Origin: Mobula hypostoma
Taxonomy: Eukaryota
Reading direction: 5' to 3'
Assembly: GCF_963921235.1 (NCBI RefSeq)
Contig: NC_086123.1
Coordinates: 4,526,001-4,590,000, forward strand
Length of the DNA stretch: 64,000 nucleotides
A model generated the notes under the pieces. That model saw only the letters and a program-made list of their open reading frames with translations, was not told the DNA's origin and made no database searches. This document shows positions 59,829-64,000 of the stretch, one piece after another; position 1 is the stretch's first letter; every line of letters begins with the position of its first letter. The position numbers were made by a program, and so were the translations under genes.

Positions 59829-62334
59829 CTGCCAATGCAAGGGGGGAGGAAGAAGTTAAGCCACAGTTTTCCATCTATTTGGAAATTTCTTCCTTATGTG
59901 CAATGCAACAGAAGATCCAGCCATTGATGACATCAACAGGAGTTCTATAATTGGTTTATTTATTTCAGATGTTTCATAGGCCGCCCAGCTGAGATGTTTA
60001 TGGATGGTCCTGTTGGCTGTGCTGTTTCACAGGCTGCAAAAAGTAAACAAGCAAATGAACACGAAACCTAGGTTGTAGCTCAATCATGAGAGAATTTGTA
60101 AATTTATCAAGTAATTAGGCCTGTGATGGGAGCAGCTTCTTGTGTTTGAGAATTTAAGACAATCATTCCAGTACGCAGAAACAGTACACAGACGAGTTTT
60201 CTATAGTAATAGAACTACACCAGTTAAACAATATGGAGGCAATACAAGCACTAAAAAAAGCACCATAACATTTTTCATATTATATCTAATTTAACAGCTG
60301 AAATGTACAATTATGAATCTGACTTTCAGACTGTGTCCAGGCAAATTATTTTGAACTGCATTAAAAACAAAGCAAGGCACTGCTAGTAAAGTTACAGGGG
60401 TAGGCATGTTGCTGAATGGACAATTGAAAATACATTAAGGGGTTGGGAAGTAAAAGCCAATAAATCTTGATTTAGTACTACAGCTGAGAATCATAACTTT
60501 CCCATATATAATTAAGGTGAACAAATACAACATCTTCATTTTATTTATTTTTGTATTTATTTCGATACAGAGCAGTAAGTAACAGGCCCTTCCAGCCCAA
60601 CAAGCCTGTGCCACCCAAATTACACCCGTGTGACCAATTAACCTACTAGCCTATCTACCTTTGGAATATGGGAGGAAAGCAGAGCACCAGAAGGAATCCC
60701 AAGCAAGAGAAGAATGTACAAAATCCTTACAAATAGGGCAGGAACTGAACACAGGTCACTGGTGCTATAAACATTACACTAACCACTACACTACTGTGCC
60801 GTCCCCAATAATTTTTGTTATTCAAGGCAGTCTTACAAATGGATCTAAATAAGCTTGGACAGAAAAGTCACTTGGCACAGTATAATCATAGTTTACAATC
60901 TGCAATGTCCTCAACAAAACCTGAATAAATTAATGTCATCAGACCAACTTTGATACACCTCACCTGTTAAGCTAATGCATTCTTTAAAGATGTAAACAAA
61001 TTCTTAACATATCAAATTGAAAACATGTTCTAAAGTGCATGGCAGGTTACATAGCATCTGAAGAAAAAATACAAGTTAATATTTAGTTTTGAATTTGTCT
61101 TCTTCTCTTTTTGTATACAGGCCAATTTGCTGCATATTTCTACATTTTAGCCAGGTTTGGATTGCCAGTTCATGCTAACAGTTCACTGATAACATTTCAG
61201 CAAAAACACCAGATGAAGATTTAATGAGTACACAGCCTAGCCTGTTACGTTCCCAGTTCCATGACTCAGCTACCATCATGAAAATCATTTTAACATAACA
61301 ATCTACTAACTGATGAAAAATAATTTTTATGGCTCACAATCTACCAAATAAATAGCAGGATAACCACTTCCGCCAACCAAAATTTCTAATCAACTTCGAT
61401 GTAGTCTATCCTGTAATATCCAAAAACTTTCAATCTATTTACAGTGTAAGCTTCCACGGCCTTTTTAGATACAAAATTCCAAAGATTCTTCAGCCTCTGG
61501 AAGAAACTTCGCATCTGTCCCAAAAGCCCAATCAATCCCTCAAATTGATACCAAGACAGATTTCACTGGATTTTATTTCTGCAACTTTCCTGTCAAGCCC
61601 CGTGAGAATTTATGTTCCAGCAACATTACCTCTTATTCTCCTAAACTCTTTTTAGGGCAATTTATCCTGTTAATTCCCAGAAATTAATTTGGTAATTAAT
61701 TTGCATTTCCTCTATCCTCCTTCTTGATCTTAGGAAAGAAGGTCAAACCTGCAAACAATATCTCAGGTATAGTTTCATCAAGACCCTAAGTAAATGCAAT
61801 ATCTTCACTCTTAGTCTCAAATCTGATTCTAATAAAGGCCATCATACTACCCACCCCTTAAATGCCCTTGTACTGGAGTGTAACTTGTGTCTTCAAGAAT
61901 ACCAAGGTCCCTGTTAACCCCAACACCTTTCAACCTCTTGCCATCTTGAACATACAGGCTCCCCACACTCCTATTTTTCCCTACCCCACAGCAGAATGAC
62001 TTAAAGTTTTCCAATATTAGATTCCATCTGCCATGTCCTCACTAATTCACTTGACCCGTCTACAATCCTCATCTGCATCTTCTTCAAAACCCAAACTGCC
62101 AGCCATATTATCAGGAAAAGAAAATTCATTACACTTGATCTTCCCATCCAAATCATTACGCTAGATTGGGAAAAACTCAAACATTACAGGTCATTATGCC
62201 ACCCCACTAGGCCTATCTTTTTCATTGTTTTATCTCTCAACCAATCCTCATTCCATGTCAGATAATTACCCCCGATCCCACATGCTCCAAATTTTGATGA
62301 CTTTGTGGGACACCTCAATTATTGGTGGCAGGGA

Positions 62335-63325
62335 AATCAAGTTCAAAGTAAAATTTATTAGCAGAGTACATATATGTCACCACATACAACTCTCGCGATT
62401 CTTTTTTCCTGTGGGAATACTCAGCAAATCTATAGAATAGTAACTATAAACAAAATCAATGGAAGAGTAAGGGCACGGAAAACAACAATGTGCAAATGCA
62501 AATACAAATAAGTAGCAACAGAGCATGAAAGAAGATTAAGAAGTCCTTACAGTGAGATCGAGATCATCGGTTGTGGGAACATCTCAATGGATTGAGTGTA
62601 GTTATCCCCTTTTGTTCTAGAGCTGGATGGTTGAGAAATAGTAAACCGTTCCTGAACCTGGTGGTGCGAGACCTGAGCCACTTGCACCTTCTACCTGATG
62701 GCAGCAGCGAGGAAAGAGCACGGCCTGGGTGGTGAGGATCTTTGATGATGGATGCTGCTTCCCTACAACAGCGTTTCATCTAGATGTGCTCAATGTTTGG
62801 GAGGACTTTACTTGTGATATACTGGGCCGAATCCAGTACCTTTAGTAGAATGTTCTGCTCAAAAGGCGTTGGTGTTCCCATACTGGCTGTAATGTCGCCA
62901 GTCAATACACTTTTCACCACACATCTATAGAAGTTTGTCAAAGTTTTTGTCGTCATGCCAAATCGCCACAAACTCTGAAGGAAGTAGAGGTGCTGTCGTG
63001 CTTTCTTTGCAATTACATTTATATGATGGGTCAGGACAGGTCCTCTGAGATGGTGACATTCAGGAATTTAAAGTTACTGACCCTCTCCACATCTGTTGAG
63101 GACTGGCTCATAGACCACTGGTTTCTCTCTCCCAAAGTCTACAATCAGTTTTCTGGTCTTGCTGACGTTCAGTGGGAGGTTGTTGTTATGACACCACTCA
63201 GCCAAATTTTCAATCTCCCTCCTGTATGCGGATTCATCAGCATCTTTGATACAGCCCACAGTGGAGTCGTCAGCAAACTTCAGTAAGGTGTTGGAGCTGT
63301 ACTTAGCCACACAGTCATAGGTGTA
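62335..63325 (-). mobile_element. Rex1/Babar LINE RT 3' fragment
   Basis: LLKFADDST, NNLPLNVSKTRKLIVDF, SIIKDPHHPGRAL.SLLPSGRR. Confidence 0.88.
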
Positions 63326-64000
63326 AGAAGCGACTTGAAGAATATTCTGTCATTCAGCAATGATGAGGCCCAGCACGAGTGATACAGACAAAGCTAAAAA
63401 CATTCAATGCCACGTTCATTCAGAAGTGCCAAATAGATGGCTTTCTCATCATCACAAAGCCAAACTCCCACCAACATGATTAAATCCACAAATTAACTAG
63501 AAATGGCAGGGTGACTGGTTGTGGCAAAGACTAAGGAACCAGGCAACATCCCACAGCTGCAATTCCAAAGATTTGCATTCCAGTACCAGTTACACTTCTA
63601 GGCAATTAGTTTCACTACAGTTACAATACTGGGTTCTACACCACAATATGAAAAATTGCCCAAGTATGTTGCTCACAAGATGCAGGCAAAATCCATTTGG
63701 CTAAACTAGCAATCCGATTCACCCCCCAATCAGCAGAATTGAAGTGTTGTACCTCTAACGCTATTCTCCTGTAACGCTACTGCAAATAAATTTTTCATTG
63801 CAGCCATATATACACATACTTGTGCAAATATAAAAACCTCAATGAGTGATTGGTATCAAGAGGCACTTTATCACCAATATTCTGCTCCCCAATGCTCAGT
63901 TCAGATTATTATATGGCCACAAAGACATCATCACACCCTTGCTCCAAGCATGGATGCCAGACCTGAATTCCACAGTGATTATTCTTGACATCAAGGCAGC

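Noticed and set aside
59830-64000. Search for SRSF9 exon 1 or DYNLL1
   Set aside because: No CpG island or RRM1 N-terminal coding sequence seen; these presumably lie beyond the window.

Overview
Repeat-rich vertebrate genomic DNA, most likely from a cartilaginous fish (inferred from V-SINE/HE1-type SINEs plus CR1, Rex1/Babar and Penelope content). It carries the conserved COX6A1-TRIAP1-GATC-SRSF9 cluster. COX6A1 (+, 3 exons, 106 aa), TRIAP1 (+, 2 exons, 79 aa) and GATC (+, 5 exons, 168 aa) are complete. SRSF9 (-) has exons 2-4 here; exon 1 was not found and presumably lies beyond the window end. An intact tRNA-Lys(TTT) sits about 400 bp upstream of TRIAP1. Signals the ORF track does not show: (1) an 80-nt stop-containing 'poison' cassette exon candidate in SRSF9 intron 2; (2) a decayed, splice-phase-consistent multi-exon gene on the minus strand between COX6A1 and TRIAP1, with weak SGNH/PC-esterase-like motifs; (3) Penelope terminal repeats carrying minimal hammerhead ribozyme cores, several arranged as inverted repeats with target-site duplications; (4) TRIAP1 in the opposite orientation to the human head-to-head TRIAP1/GATC arrangement. 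Most listed ORFs are transposon fragments or noise. Transposon boundaries are approximate.
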